The notes beneath the pieces were generated by a model. The model saw only the letters and a list, made by a program, of their open reading frames with translations, searched no databases and was not told where the DNA came from. DNA of 64,000 nt from Sedimentisphaerales bacterium (GTDB lineage: Bacteria; Planctomycetota; Phycisphaerae; Sedimentisphaerales; Anaerobacaceae), in NCBI GenBank assembly GCA_963708075.1, contig OY970194.1, forward strand, positions 1,760,001 to 1,824,000. The letters run 5' to 3'. A program made the translations under genes and the position numbers. How positions within the stretch are numbered: the first letter of the stretch is position 1; every line of letters begins with the position of its first letter. This document shows positions 1-11,684 of the stretch, in pieces.

Positions 1-8
1 CGAAAACG

Positions 9-983
9 TCAGAGCCCCCTTGTCAGATCGCGGTAATCACGCGCTCTTTGCATGCGTTGTGTATCATCGAGCAGATACTGTATCTCATCGAACATCGTTT
101 CCACCCATCGTCTGTATCTTGGCATCTCAGGGTGCCCGCACTTCATCTTCCGAAAATCAGCATTGCAGTTGACATCGAACGACTCTGACCAGAACTCCTT
201 GCTCTTCTTCTTGTCATAGCTCAAGAGCCACGCAAAATCCCCCACACCTATCGACCCGCCCCTCGGACGTATAGTAACAGAGACTTCAACGAAAGGATTT
301 GTGAACACGAGTTTGCGGTCATATGGCGAGACAACCACACGTCCTTCCGTCTTTGGTGGGACAGTCATCTTCTCAGGCCAATGCTGCTTCGGAAAGTCGA
401 CAAGCAATGATGAAAAACGCCCCTTGTCTCCTGACCCGATCAGAAAACGCTGCCACGCCAAGGAGCCAGAAGCTGGCTCAGGCTTTACCGGCGAGACAAC
501 GCTCATAACGGCATCGCCAAGTCGCTGAGATGTAATACGGACATCCCACCAGTCAGCATATGCCCAGAAGAAACGATCCATCAATTTCAGAAGCACCATG
601 TCACAGTATAGTTCTCCCGCTTCCCGTATTCTTCTGTCCGAATCCCCCTCATGAAATCTCTCGTCATGTTCAATACAGTTCGCTATGTAGCTCCGTAGTG
701 AGCCACTGAACTGCTCGCCGCCGTAGAGAGCATCACGCCTATCGTGCTCATCCAATGCCAGAAGATCAGACTGGTGAAAGTATACGGTGGAGTTGAAATT
801 CAACTCGATCTTCTCGCTTCTCAGGCTATACAGCACTGTAAAGAAAACACCGATGATACCAAGAATGACCGGGAGCACGACTCTGGACTTCATTTCAGGG
901 AGGCTCCAGAGGCTCCTGTTTTCATATGCGATGTACGTGCCAACCACAACCAGAATAGCTACAATCAGGATGGTCAGTGCCAT
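9..983 (-). CDS. Hypothetical membrane-anchored protein (two N-terminal TM helices, soluble C-terminal domain)
   Basis: ORF 9..1148; likely start MALTILIV at 983; hydrophobic segments LTILIVAILVVVGTYIAY and VVLPVILGIIGVFFTVLY; visibly more AT-rich than neighbours; no family recognised. Confidence 0.6.
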   Translation of the reverse strand: MALTILIVAILVVVGTYIAYENRSLWSLPEMKSRVVLPVILGIIGVFFTVLYSLRSEKIELNFNSTVYFHQSDLLALDEHDRRDALYGGEQFSGSLRSYIANCIEHDERFHEGDSDRRIREAGELYCDMVLLKLMDRFFWAYADWWDVRITSQRLGDAVMSVVSPVKPEPASGSLAWQRFLIGSGDKGRFSSLLVDFPKQHWPEKMTVPPKTEGRVVVSPYDRKLVFTNPFVEVSVTIRPRGGSIGVGDFAWLLSYDKKKSKEFWSESFDVNCNADFRKMKCGHPEMPRYRRWVETMFDEIQYLLDDTQRMQRARDYRDLTRGL

Positions 984-1271
984 ATCGCCATGCCTCCAGA
1001 ACAGGGGTCCCCACCGACGCATTTCACATTTTCTCCCAGGACTTCCAACCTCTGCGCAAGGAGTCCTCTTTCGTGTCTCAGAGTCGTTTTTTCTACATTC
1101 CAGTATCACCATCACTGTATAGCTGGGCCAAGAGATAGGCAAGGACAATGTTGATGAGGTATTGCGCGCGGCTTATGTCCCCCGGAGGTCGTGATTAGGA
1201 ATGGTTCCCGCCGTTGTGGGAATGCCATACGGGCGTTTTTGGGTTCTCTATACCGAAGGTTCGTGGCTCGA

Positions 1272-2141
1272 TCACGCGCCGGTTTCGAAGTTTCGGATCA
1301 GGTCCTGGAGTTTGTCGATGTCGACGTCTCTTTCGTAGAGGGGACGGTCGTCCTGCTGATAGATGCCGGTGTTGTCCTCAAAGGTCGTTTTGTGCGGATT
1401 CAGGTAAAAGACGCCGAGGGGGAGCGGGTCTTTCTGGAGGGCTTTTTCGAAGGCTTGCATCCGATTGGTTGGATCGTGGGATTCATCGAGATAATACGTG
1501 TGCTCTTTGAACCATTGATAGGTGTTGATCTTGTTGTATGTGACGCAGGGTTGGAAGATGTCGAGGAGGGCGTAGCCCTTGTGCGTGATGGCTTTTTTCA
1601 TCAGGTCTTTGGTCTGCTCGCGGTCCTGGGCGTTGGCTCTTGCGACGAAGCCAGCGTCCAGGGCGATGGCGACGGCCAGTGGATTGAAGGGCTCTGAGGT
1701 CACACCGCCGGGCTGGACTTGCGTCTTGAAGCCGGTTGGGCTGGTGGGCGAGGCCTGGCCCTTGGTCAGCCCGTAGACCATGTTGTCGTGCACGATGTTC
1801 GTGATGTTGGGATTGCGGCGGATCGTGTGCATGAAGTGGTTGCCGCCCTCGCCATAGGTGTCGCCGTCGCCGCTTTCGACGATCACCGTCAGGTGCGGGT
1901 TGCAGGCTTTGATCGCAGTGGCGGGCGGCAGGGCCCGGCCGTGAAGGCCGTTGAAGACGTTTGTCTTCACATAGTGCGGCGTCTTGGCGGCTTGGCCGAT
2001 GCCCGAGACCAGCACGACCTGTGTCGGGTCGAGGTCAAGCTCTGCCAGAGCCTCCTTCAGCGTCCGCAGGATTGGGAAATTCCCGCAGCCGGGGCACCAT
2101 GCAATGTCGATCGGACCCATGTCAAACGCTTTGGCATCCAT
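1272..2141 (-). CDS. korB: 2-oxoacid:ferredoxin oxidoreductase beta subunit (TPP-binding)
   Basis: [21 protein letters not shown]...[19 protein letters not shown] and QPCVTYN motifs; substrate specificity not determinable. Confidence 0.93.
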   Translation of the reverse strand: MDAKAFDMGPIDIAWCPGCGNFPILRTLKEALAELDLDPTQVVLVSGIGQAAKTPHYVKTNVFNGLHGRALPPATAIKACNPHLTVIVESGDGDTYGEGGNHFMHTIRRNPNITNIVHDNMVYGLTKGQASPTSPTGFKTQVQPGGVTSEPFNPLAVAIALDAGFVARANAQDREQTKDLMKKAITHKGYALLDIFQPCVTYNKINTYQWFKEHTYYLDESHDPTNRMQAFEKALQKDPLPLGVFYLNPHKTTFEDNTGIYQQDDRPLYERDVDIDKLQDLIRNFETGA

Positions 2142-3900
2142 CAGTCGCTTTCCTCCAACCTGTCACCTTCCTTCGACAGTGAATCATTGAGATGCGCCAC
2201 GACTTCTTCCACGCTGAAAGGCAACCCGTTGTATTTCAGGATTCCCTCATCGATGTCGATGCCGGCGTATAGCGAGATTATGTTCGCGAACTGGCCTGTG
2301 GCGTTGCCTTCCACGATGAAGGTCCGGTCGGCCGCGTTGAGATAATCCACCGTGCTCTCATGGAGCGGATAGACCTGCCGGTAGTACAGCATCGCCGTAT
2401 CGTCCCGGCCCATCTGCTCCAGGGCCTCTCGCACCGGGTGGTACGTCGAGCCCCAGCAAATCACGAGGTTCCGATAGTCCTGCGGGCCGATCAGCTCGGG
2501 CGGGATCACCTCCTCGCCAAGGGCATCGCCCTTCGCCAGCCGCTTATCCACCATCTGCACGCGCAGGTCGAGGTCCTCCGTGATGTGCCCCCGCTCATCG
2601 TGCTCATCGCTATCGACGACGACCAGTCCCTCGCCAAATCCGGGGACACCCCGGGGCGATATGCCGTCCTCGGAAAACGCATAGCGGCGATAGTCCTTCG
2701 AAGTCTCGATGACGTGCTTCTCGATGGTGACTTTGCCCAGGTCCAGCCCGGGGATGTTGTAGTAGGAGTCGATGTAGTACTGGTCCGTGAGGACGAACAC
2801 CGGGACCTGGTACTTGTCGGCGAGATTGAACGCCTTCTGCGTCAGGTAGAATCCGTCTTCGAGCGTCCCCGGCGTCAGGATGATTCGCGGGAACTCGCCA
2901 TGTCCGGCGTTCAGGACGAACTGCAGATCGCCCTGCTCGGTCCGCGTGGGCAGTCCCGTCGCCGGCCCCGGCCGCTGGCCAAGGTGGATCACCACGGGGG
3001 TCTCAAGCATCCCGGACAGGCTCAGCCCCTCAACCATCAGGGCGAATCCGCCGCCCGATGTTGTCACCAGGGCCCGCGCGCCGCGTACCAGGCCCCGATC
3101 GCCATATTCATCGCGGCGATCTCGTCCTCCACCTGCTCCACGATCATCCCGAAGTCCCTGCCATGCTGAGCGAGAAAGGTCAGCACAGGGGTCGAAGGCG
3201 ACATTGGATAGGAGCAGACATAATTGCACCCGCCGGCGATCGCGCCCATGCCGACAGCCTCGGAGCCATTGACAAGCAATTCCCCCTTGACCCGCGTGTC
3301 TACCTCCGCGCACAGCCTCAGCTCCTCCGGCAGATCGAGCCCGCAAGCGGCCTTGCATCCGGCCTCGGCTGCCCTGGCATTGTCCTCCACCACGTTCTCC
3401 GGCTTGCCGGCGAAGTAATGTCGCACGAAGCTCTTGAGGTGCTCGACATCGACGCCCAGGAGGCCCGAGACCGCGCCCATCGCGACGGTATTCGAATAGA
3501 TCTTGTTCCCCACCTCCGTGGCGATGCGTGTGAAATCGATATCGAAGAACTTGCACTTTTGCGAGCTGCACGGCCCCCCGATCACGTCCTGCTCTCCGAG
3601 CACGACTGTCTGCGGCGAGATCCGCTTGGCGACATGCTCGACGGCTCCCTTGCTCAGCGCAATCAGGATGTCCATGCGTTCGACATACGCCGCGACCCGG
3701 TGATTTGCGACGCGGATCGTCGTGGAGTTCGCCCCGCCGCGAATCCGCGACATGTACTCCTTCGTCGCAAAGACGTGATGGCCGGCGAGTTTGAGAAGCC
3801 GGGTCAGCAGGAATTCGACGGTCTGCACGCCCTGCCCCGCTTCGCCGCATAGAACGATCGAGACATCCTTTTTCGGTCCGGTCCGCCCTGTTTTGCCCAT
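2141..3900 (-). CDS. korA: 2-oxoacid:acceptor oxidoreductase alpha subunit (fused gamma domain); apparent 1-nt deletion frameshift near 3080
   Basis: N-half [32 protein letters not shown] (ORF 3064..3945) joins C-half [35 protein letters not shown] (ORF 2141..3850); stop overlaps korB start. Confidence 0.9.
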
Positions 3901-3951
3901 ATGACTGCCATTCTCCGAGAGGTTCAGGTTTGGCGCCATTATCACGCGGGA

Positions 3952-6069
3952 TTAGCCGTTGTCAACGGCTGAGGCCCTTCCTGTAATGTCCCCGAGTATT
4001 TCTCCCAGGTCTTCTCTCGTAGTTACGGGCTTGCGACAGGCATAGTTCGCGCATACGTAAACTGCCGTTCGGCCGTGGATGGGCGCAAGGTCCGCTGCAA
4101 AGGGAACCTCGTGAACAAGCGGCATGCCCTCGTCACCGGCCCCGCGAAACAGGACCACCGCGTTTGGCAGGAAGTGCTGTTTGACCTCTCGAATCAACTC
4201 CTGTGATTCGGCGGGAGAATTGATCCCCGCGATCACGATCTCCTGTGTCGGTCCCAACTGGCAGTCCAGCGCCAGGAGCATGAACGTCAGGCTGCTGGGC
4301 GATCCGGCCATTTCCCCGGAGAACCTGCGAAGTATTCTCTGAGCCTCCTCGGTGAACCGGCTCTCCATGAACACCCTCCCCAATTTCAGCAGCGCCAGGG
4401 CAGCCGCTGAATTGCCGCTGGGGACAGCCCCATCGTAGCCGGGCTTGTCACGCGTAATCAACTGCTCCGCGTCGTGGCCTGTGAGGAAGAATCCCCCTTC
4501 GGCTTCATGCGCAAACAAGGAGATCATCTGGTCGGCCAATGCCCTGGCCTCGCGAAGCCATCCCACATCAAAAGAGGCTTCGTACAGATCGATCAGCCCG
4601 AGGATCAGAAACGCATAATCCTCAAGGAAGCCTTTATCCATCGCACGGCCGGCGCGGAAGAATCGCATCAGGCGGCCATCCTCGTACAGGGAATTGACGA
4701 TGAACGCCGCGGCGCTGCGTGCCGCCTGGACGTACTCCAGCTCACCAAGCGCGGCGCCGCCATAGGCGAGAGAGGAAATCATCAACCCGTTCCATGCGGT
4801 GATGATCTTGTCATCCCTGTGGGGTCGTGGACGTCCGTTGCGGCGATCAAGAAGACGTTTCCTGGCTTCCGCCAGATCAGTCTTGATCTCCTCTGGGTTT
4901 CGGCCGAATTCCGCGCTCAGTTGCTCAATGGAGGCGGCGACGTGGAGAACGTTTTCACCTTCTTCGAAGTTGCCCTTGTCTGTCACCCCGTAGTACCGGC
5001 AGAAGACCTCGGCCTGCTCTGCCGGAAGGACACGCTCGATCTCCTCGCGCCGCCACACGTAGAAGGCTCCTTCCCTGCCTTCGCTGTCGGCGTCCTCTGC
5101 GGCGTAGAACCCGCCGTCAGGATCCCTCATGTCGCGCAACACGTATCGGAATATGTCCCGCGCGGCCCCGGCATACGCCGGGTCCTTCGTGACTTGATAA
5201 GTCTGGACATAGGTCCTGCTCAGCAACGCCTGGTCATAGAGCATCTTCTCAAAGTGGGGCACGAGCCACTGGGCATCGGTCGAGTAGCGATGGAAGCCGC
5301 CGCCGAGATGATCGTGAATCCCCCCTCGCGTCATGGCATCCAGCGTCTTCTCGACCATCTCCAGGGTCTCCTGGGAACCGGTCCGCCGCCAGTAATTCAA
5401 GAGCAGCGTGAGAGTGCTAGGCTGCGGGAATTTCGGGGCATGGCCAAATCCCCCATGCGTCTTATCGAAGTAGCCCGAGAGCACGCCGAATGCGTTATCG
5501 AGCACGCTCAGTGAGAGCGCATGTTCCGCGCCGGGCTCGGCGAGCCCGTGAAGCGCTCCCGTGAGTTCCTGTGCCGACTGCAGCAGTTGTTCCCGCTTGT
5601 CTCGCCACGCCTCCGCAACACTCTGCAACACCTGCGTGAAGCTGGGCCGGCCGAGCCCCGCTCGCGGGGGAAAATACGTGCCGCCATAGAAGGGCTCGCC
5701 ATCGGGCGTCAGGAAAACCGACAGCGGCCAGCCGCCCGAGCCGGTGATCATCTGAACCGCTTTCATGTACGTCTCGTCCACATCCGGCCTCTGCTCGCGA
5801 TCCACTTTGACGGAGACGAAGTCCCGGTTCAACAACTGCGCCGTGTCCTTATCCTCAAAGCTCTCCCGCTCCATCACGTGGCACCAGTGGCACGTGGAGT
5901 ACCCGATGGACAGAAAGACCGGCTTATCCTCACGCTTCGCCCGCTCGAACGCCTCCGGGCCCCACGGATACCAGTCCACGGGGTTGTGCGCGTGCTGCAA
6001 CAGGTAGGGACTGGTCTCACGGATCAGCCGATTCGTATGCGTGTGTGTAGTCTGTTCGTCCGCCTTCAT
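3952..6069 (-). CDS. YyaL/SSP411-family thioredoxin-domain + (alpha/alpha)6-barrel protein
   Basis: [53 protein letters not shown]...[22 protein letters not shown]. Confidence 0.93.
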   Translation of the reverse strand: MKADEQTTHTHTNRLIRETSPYLLQHAHNPVDWYPWGPEAFERAKREDKPVFLSIGYSTCHWCHVMERESFEDKDTAQLLNRDFVSVKVDREQRPDVDETYMKAVQMITGSGGWPLSVFLTPDGEPFYGGTYFPPRAGLGRPSFTQVLQSVAEAWRDKREQLLQSAQELTGALHGLAEPGAEHALSLSVLDNAFGVLSGYFDKTHGGFGHAPKFPQPSTLTLLLNYWRRTGSQETLEMVEKTLDAMTRGGIHDHLGGGFHRYSTDAQWLVPHFEKMLYDQALLSRTYVQTYQVTKDPAYAGAARDIFRYVLRDMRDPDGGFYAAEDADSEGREGAFYVWRREEIERVLPAEQAEVFCRYYGVTDKGNFEEGENVLHVAASIEQLSAEFGRNPEEIKTDLAEARKRLLDRRNGRPRPHRDDKIITAWNGLMISSLAYGGAALGELEYVQAARSAAAFIVNSLYEDGRLMRFFRAGRAMDKGFLEDYAFLILGLIDLYEASFDVGWLREARALADQMISLFAHEAEGGFFLTGHDAEQLITRDKPGYDGAVPSGNSAAALALLKLGRVFMESRFTEEAQRILRRFSGEMAGSPSSLTFMLLALDCQLGPTQEIVIAGINSPAESQELIREVKQHFLPNAVVLFRGAGDEGMPLVHEVPFAADLAPIHGRTAVYVCANYACRKPVTTREDLGEILGDITGRASAVDNG

Positions 6070-6584
6070 CTTTCAGGAGTCTGCTCCAGCGACTGCACCA
6101 GGATCTTCATGTGTCGCTCTTCCTCACCAATCAGCGTCTTGATCACCTCCGCGTCGTGGTGACCTGGGATGAATTCCTTCAGACTGGTGAAATATGAAAT
6201 CGTGTCCTTCTCCTTCTGAATCGCCATTCTCAGCACCTCAGCCTTCGTACAGACGCCTACCAGCTCGTCCAGCGAACCTTCGCGGCCCCCAAAGACCGTC
6301 GGCAAGGGTGGTTCCGCCGGCGACGGGGCGTCCGCGTCGAGTACGATACGCCCCAGCTCCCGGTTCTGTCCGGCTTGGCGAGCCTCATCGGGCCCTGACA
6401 GCCGTTGCCGCATCTCTGTAAACACCTGCACATGCTGCCTCTCCCACCGCGCAAGGCTGACGAACAGCCTACAGACCTTTGTGTCGTCACACAACCCTGC
6501 GGCCCGGCGGTAGAACTTCACCGCGTTCCGCTCCATCCGCTCTGCGACCTCCAGAACCTGGTCGACGCTCAATGCTTTGGCCAT
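6066..6584 (-). CDS. Ferritin-like/rubrerythrin-family diiron protein
   Basis: Two ExxH-type motifs (WERQH, EERH) with A..E...FY helices; ATGA overlap with downstream gene. Confidence 0.8.
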   Translation of the reverse strand: MAKALSVDQVLEVAERMERNAVKFYRRAAGLCDDTKVCRLFVSLARWERQHVQVFTEMRQRLSGPDEARQAGQNRELGRIVLDADAPSPAEPPLPTVFGGREGSLDELVGVCTKAEVLRMAIQKEKDTISYFTSLKEFIPGHHDAEVIKTLIGEEERHMKILVQSLEQTPER

Positions 6585-6785
6585 CTTGGAAATCCTTTGC
6601 TACGGTGATCTCAATCCTTTCCACCTCCAGCGTAGAACTGAATGAGCCAACTGGGCAAGAGGAAAATCCGCTAAGAAACTCAGGCGGATACGTAGCGTGA
6701 GACAGTCCCGGCGGATAGAATGCCCCCCTGTAGAGACGCGAAATCTCATCTCTATGGCAGCGGACCGCTACCTTGCGGAGTGGCA

Positions 6786-9359
6786 ATGGATCACATTCAG
6801 CAGAAACTGGCCCTGATCGATGCGCAGCGTGCTGGACGCGGACTGTATCTTCCGCTCGTGAGCACAGCGCCGTTGTTTCTGCCTGCGATCGGCCTGATGA
6901 CAGGAATCGTGCTGCAGGAGTTGCTTTCGCGTTCGTGGAACGGTTCTGATTCTCCGCTCCTGACTTGGACATGGGTCGTTCTGTTGGGATTGTCCGCCGC
7001 GGCCGTTTGGGCGGGATTCGTCCGTGGCGTGTCGGCCGCCCATTCTGAGTGGCTCGCCTGTGCCGCATCGATCTGCCTGCTGTGCCTCGGCGCTATCCGG
7101 CTGCTGGCTTTTGAACGGGCGGCGCCATACGATGTCCGCGACATGGTTGGGGAAGAGCCCAGGCTCGCCACGATTCGCGGCCGCATCTTGACTCAGCCGT
7201 ACGAGCAATCCCAGAACTGGTGCTTTGCCCAACTCGCCAACACCGACCCTGCGACCGCATTCTACCTCGAAGCAGAGCAGATCAAGACGCCGACAGGCTG
7301 GCACCAGGTCGCCGGCAGGATTCGAGTGAGCGTGGATGAGCCGGCGCCGAACTTGAGAATCGGCGACGAGATCCAAGCCTGGTGCTGGCTCCATCGGTTT
7401 GAGGGCCCAACCAATCCCGGCCAGTTCGACCTGCCTGCCTATCTCAGGCGGCTGAACGTGTACGTGGGGGCATCGGTGCCATCGCGCGACGCCATTGAGT
7501 TGCAGGGTGAGGCAGGCACGGGCGTCCTGACCGCCCTGAGAAGGCGATTCACCGACGCGGCAGCACAAGGACTGCTGGAACATACGCCCTCCGATACGCA
7601 GGAAGAGGCCATGCTCGCGGCGCTGCTGTTGGGCGACAGGCGAGACATCGACCCCGAGACGTATGAGGCGTTCCGAAAGACCGGCCTGGCTCACATCATC
7701 AGTCTGTCCGGCATGAACCTCGCTGTCCTCATCGGCGTGATCTGGTGGTTCTGTAAGCTCGCAGGGCTCCCCAAACGTGCCCGGGCGGCTGTCTGTATCG
7801 TCGCCACCACAGCCTTTCTGCTCTCCGTGCCACCGATGGCGCCGATCTTTCGGGCCACGGTGATGGTATGGGTCTATTGCCTGGCCATCCTTTTTCGCCG
7901 GCGTGCGAGCAATCCGCTCAATTCCTTGTCTCTGGCCGCCATCATCCTGCTGCTGATTCGGCCGACGCAGTTGTTCGAGGCCGGATGGCAACTCTCGTTC
8001 AGCGCCGTGGCTGCTATTCTTGCGTTCACGCCGAGGATCGAGCATTTCATCCACGAGTGGACCGGCGGCTGGCTCCACAAGATGGACCGCCGGACCGGAC
8101 CGCGGATGCCCCTCATGCAAGGCGTGGGAGGACACATCATCCGGTTGTTCTCGGCGGGCACGGCAGCGTGGCTTGGCAACGCGGGGATTCTCCTCTACCA
8201 CTTCTACACGATCACACCGCTGGCAAGCCTCTGGACAGTTCTGGCCTCCCTGCCCGTGGCGGCCATCGTCACGCTGGGCTTTCTCAAGATCATCCTGTCC
8301 TTTGTCCTGCCCACCGCGAGCATGATTCTGGGGCTCATTCTTCCCGTGCTGGTGGATATCTTCATCTGGATTGTGAGGTTGTCGTCGCGGATCGATTTCT
8401 CCTCCACTCTGATTGGCCACGTGCCGCTCGTCCTGATCCTCCTGTACTACGCCCTTGTGTTCTTCGCGGCATTCGCTCATCTCCGTCGCCGCACCCTGAA
8501 GACAGGCCTCTGCGCGGTCATCGCGATCCTCCTGCTCTCTTGCCTGGTCCTGATGAAGTGGCATCGGACGCACCGCGATCACCTGAGCCTGACCTGCCTC
8601 GACGTGGGCCACGGCCAAGCCATCCTGGTCCAGTTGCCCGGCACGATGAACATTCTCTTCGACGCCGGCTCCATGTACACAAGCGATGTCGGGAGCCGGA
8701 TCGTGCTGCCCTTCCTCGACTACATCGGAGTCAGCCGTCTCCATGCCATCGTGCTGAGCCACCACGACATCGATCACATCAACGGCGTGCCCGAAGTCGT
8801 CGATCGGCGGCGGGTCGACCGCGTCTACGCAAACGACGTATTCCTCGCTCAGTCGCAAGCTGCGGAGACGGCCAAGCTTCTGTTGCAGCATTTGGAGGCG
8901 AGAGGCACCCAGGTTGATCGCGTCCCCGAGATCGTCACGGCCGGTCCCGCCCGCATTCTTATGCTCTGGCCGGTTGACGATCCGAACGCTCAGCGCCAGA
9001 TCAGTGATAACGATATGTCGCTCGTCAGCATGATCGAGCTCGCCGGCACAAGGGTCCTGCTGTGCTCAGACATCGAGAGGTTCGCACAGCGGCAGATCAT
9101 CCGTCTTCGTCCAGGCTTGAAAGCCGGCGTCGTCGTCGCGCCTCACCATGGCTCGATGACAACGCTGGATCCCGGATTCCTTCCAAAACTTGAAGCGAGC
9201 GTCCTTCTGTGCAGTTGCGGGAAACGTGACTTCGAGCAGGGACGTGTGGTCGGACGAGAGGACGCGGACGTCTGCTCCACCGCTCGGGATGGGGCGGTAT
9301 CCATTTGCATAAACGCCGACGGCGTGGTACAAAGACGACACGCAGCAAGAAAGAAGTGA
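6786..9359 (+). CDS. comEC: ComEC/Rec2 DNA-uptake competence protein (OB fold + Competence domain + MBL domain)
   Basis: NPGQFD, ALLLGDR, TGLAHIISLSG, GWQLSF, LDVGHGQ, SHHDIDHING, PHHGS. Confidence 0.92.
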   Translation: MDHIQQKLALIDAQRAGRGLYLPLVSTAPLFLPAIGLMTGIVLQELLSRSWNGSDSPLLTWTWVVLLGLSAAAVWAGFVRGVSAAHSEWLACAASICLLCLGAIRLLAFERAAPYDVRDMVGEEPRLATIRGRILTQPYEQSQNWCFAQLANTDPATAFYLEAEQIKTPTGWHQVAGRIRVSVDEPAPNLRIGDEIQAWCWLHRFEGPTNPGQFDLPAYLRRLNVYVGASVPSRDAIELQGEAGTGVLTALRRRFTDAAAQGLLEHTPSDTQEEAMLAALLLGDRRDIDPETYEAFRKTGLAHIISLSGMNLAVLIGVIWWFCKLAGLPKRARAAVCIVATTAFLLSVPPMAPIFRATVMVWVYCLAILFRRRASNPLNSLSLAAIILLLIRPTQLFEAGWQLSFSAVAAILAFTPRIEHFIHEWTGGWLHKMDRRTGPRMPLMQGVGGHIIRLFSAGTAAWLGNAGILLYHFYTITPLASLWTVLASLPVAAIVTLGFLKIILSFVLPTASMILGLILPVLVDIFIWIVRLSSRIDFSSTLIGHVPLVLILLYYALVFFAAFAHLRRRTLKTGLCAVIAILLLSCLVLMKWHRTHRDHLSLTCLDVGHGQAILVQLPGTMNILFDAGSMYTSDVGSRIVLPFLDYIGVSRLHAIVLSHHDIDHINGVPEVVDRRRVDRVYANDVFLAQSQAAETAKLLLQHLEARGTQVDRVPEIVTAGPARILMLWPVDDPNAQRQISDNDMSLVSMIELAGTRVLLCSDIERFAQRQIIRLRPGLKAGVVVAPHHGSMTTLDPGFLPKLEASVLLCSCGKRDFEQGRVVGREDADVCSTARDGAVSICINADGVVQRRHAARKK

Positions 9360-9394
9360 CATTGGTCGTCACTCGCGCACCTGTGGAGATGAAG

Positions 9395-10623
9395 ATGGTC
9401 AACAGAACCGCCCTCGCAATGGCAATCCTTATCGCCGCTCTCGTCCTTGTGAACTTCGCGCCGGCCGCCGAGCAGTCCTCGTCACAGACCAGGATAGACG
9501 ACTTGAGCTTTTATCAGCCTCCGATCACGATGACGGCGTATCCGCTCACGAATGCAGAAGGAGTCAGGAACGTCATTCTCTGCATCGGCGACGGCATGGG
9601 CCTCAGCCAGATTACCCTGGCAAGCATGAAGGCCGGCGGCTTGGCGGGCAGGCTCTGCATGGAGCGAATGCCGGTGACCGGGCTGGTTCGGACGTACTCA
9701 GCGAACTCGCGGGTGACGGATTCGGCGGCCGCCGGAACTGCGATGGCGGCCGGCGTCAAGACGAACAACGGCATGATCGGCTGCGCCCCCGGCGGGCAGG
9801 TGTACCAGACGATCCTCGAAGCGGCAGAGGCCAGGGGCATGGCGACCGGCCTCGTGGCAACATCCACGATCACCCATGCGACACCTGCCTCCTTCGCCTC
9901 ACATGTGAACTCGCGGGCAACGGAGGCCGCTATCGCTGAGCAGTTGATCGCCAACAAAGTCAACGTCTTGTTCGGTGGAGGCAGGAAGTACTTCCTGCCC
10001 AAGTCGGACCCGAACAGCGCACGCAAGGACGACCGGGACCTGATCGCCGAGGCCCGGCAGGCGGGCTATACGTACGTCACGACGGACCGCGAGTTGCACT
10101 CCGCGCATTCCACTCACGTGCTCGGATTATTCCAGTTCGACTCCTTGACGACCGTCGCGCCCGAGCCGAATCTGGCCTCGCTCACGCGAAAGGCAATCGA
10201 GGTGCTCAGAAAGGCCAATGGCAAATCCGCCCCTGCGGAGCCGGGCTTTTTCCTGATGGTCGAGGGCAGCCAGATCGACTGGGCCTGCCACGACAACGAT
10301 CCCAAGCGTGCGATCCGGCAGACGCTGCTCTTCGATCAGGCGGTCCAGGCCGCGGTGGACTTCGCGCTGCAGGACGGGCACACACTGGTCATCGTGACGG
10401 CAGACCACGAGAACCGGCGGGTCTCACGCTTCTGGAGGGCAGCAAGACGGGTTCCGATCCGGCCGTCCGCTGGTCAACGAAGGGGCATACGAGTTCGCCC
10501 GTGCCGATTAGCGCGCTGGGCCCCAGGGCCGCAATATTTGCCGGCATCCAGGACAACACGGATATCCCCAGGAAGATTGCCGGTTTGCTCGGCATCACGC
10601 CATTTCCGCGACCTGTCCAATGA
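9395..10623 (+). CDS. phoA: Alkaline phosphatase (exported); two apparent 1-nt insertions at 10409-10425
   Basis: IGDGMG, VTDSAAAGT, THATPA, FFLMVEGSQIDWACH, VTADHE; removing two bases restores DHETGGL...GHT...DNTDI ending at TGA 10621-10623. Confidence 0.88.
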
Positions 10624-10826
10624 GCACACATGAGACTATCCTGCGCGTGGATGCAACGTACGACCTTATGGTGAAGGTCGGCGACAGGGTGTGTCGGGGA
10701 GACAGGCTGTCGCAGAATCCTGAGGCGAGCGCGGTATCGACGGCGTCCGTGGCGGGTACCATCCGGAGTATCCAGTTCGATCCCGAGCGGCATGAGTTCG
10801 TGATCGTAATCGCGGCGGCGACGTAG
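10620..10826 (+). CDS. Small barrel-sandwich-hybrid-like protein (resembles RnfC N-terminal/biotinyl-like domain)
   Basis: LMVKVGDRVCRGDRL...ASVAGTIRSI pattern; ATGA coupling to the restored phoA stop. Confidence 0.55.
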   Translation: MSTHETILRVDATYDLMVKVGDRVCRGDRLSQNPEASAVSTASVAGTIRSIQFDPERHEFVIVIAAAT

Positions 10827-10842
10827 CGGCCGGAAAAAAGGC

Positions 10843-10880
10843 TGGGTAAGCAAGGATCGCTGTACGTCCCTGCTTACCCA
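10843..10880. terminator. Inverted-repeat hairpin between convergent genes
   Basis: TGGGTAAGCA...TGCTTACCCA stem in a convergent intergenic region. Confidence 0.4.
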
Positions 10881-10954
10881 CGCGCATCCAACTATTGTCT
10901 CGCGCGTTCGCGACGCGCACACATTGCCTGTTCGAGCTTGCGGTCCGCTACGAT

Positions 10955-11644
10955 TTACGAATTGGAGGCCGTCGCCACGCTGCGCTGGCGCAGATAGACG
11001 ACGATTTCGACGCGGCGGTTCTTGGCCTTGCCGTCGGCTGTGGAGTTCGACGCAACCGGCCGAGCTGAACCGCAGCCGGAGGCCTGGACCTGCTTGTCGG
11101 GAATGCCGTGATCGATCAGGTATCTTGTCACAGAAAGCGCACGCTGCGCCGACAGCTCCCAGTTGTCCTTCCAGGACGACTTCTTGATTGGCTCGGTGTC
11201 CGTGTGGCCCACCACGTCGACTTGCTTGCCCGAGTACTTGTCCTTGAGGACGCCCAGGATGTGATCCAGTTCCTTGCTCGTGGCGCTCTTGAGCGTAGCT
11301 TTGCCTGAATCAAACAGAATCGTGTTCGCCAGCGTCACCGTGATCGTTCCGGCGGCCGGGTCGAATTTGACATCATACTCTTCCCCAAAACCGCTGGCCT
11401 TGGCAGGCGACTGGTTCAGTTGCTCGATCTGCCGGCGCAGCTCGTCAATCGTCTGCTGGTCCTGAGAAATGCGATCCGCCATCGCCTGTTTCTCACCCTG
11501 CACGCTCTCGAACCGGCCCTTGAGGTTTTGGTGTTCGACATTGAGGTAGTCATACTTCTTCTTGTAGTCGGTACAACCCGACAACAGTGACACCAGAACA
11601 ATGCCGACGAGGGGAACGATAACTCTTGTGTTGATGACTTGCAT
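10955..11644 (-). CDS. OmpA/MotB-family peptidoglycan-binding lipoprotein with coiled coil
   Basis: Lipobox LLSGC; ILFDSG, VVGHTD, NWELSAQRA, KNRRVEI; GGAGG RBS before MQVIN. Confidence 0.88.
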   Translation of the reverse strand: MQVINTRVIVPLVGIVLVSLLSGCTDYKKKYDYLNVEHQNLKGRFESVQGEKQAMADRISQDQQTIDELRRQIEQLNQSPAKASGFGEEYDVKFDPAAGTITVTLANTILFDSGKATLKSATSKELDHILGVLKDKYSGKQVDVVGHTDTEPIKKSSWKDNWELSAQRALSVTRYLIDHGIPDKQVQASGCGSARPVASNSTADGKAKNRRVEIVVYLRQRSVATASNS

Positions 11645-11684
11645 TTGGCACCTCCCTGTAACAAGCACATCCAACCCTGCCGCG

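Noticed and set aside
1150..1270. Possible integron attC or recombination site next to the AT-rich gene
   Set aside because: No convincing RYYYAAC/GTTRRRY pair or integrase in the window
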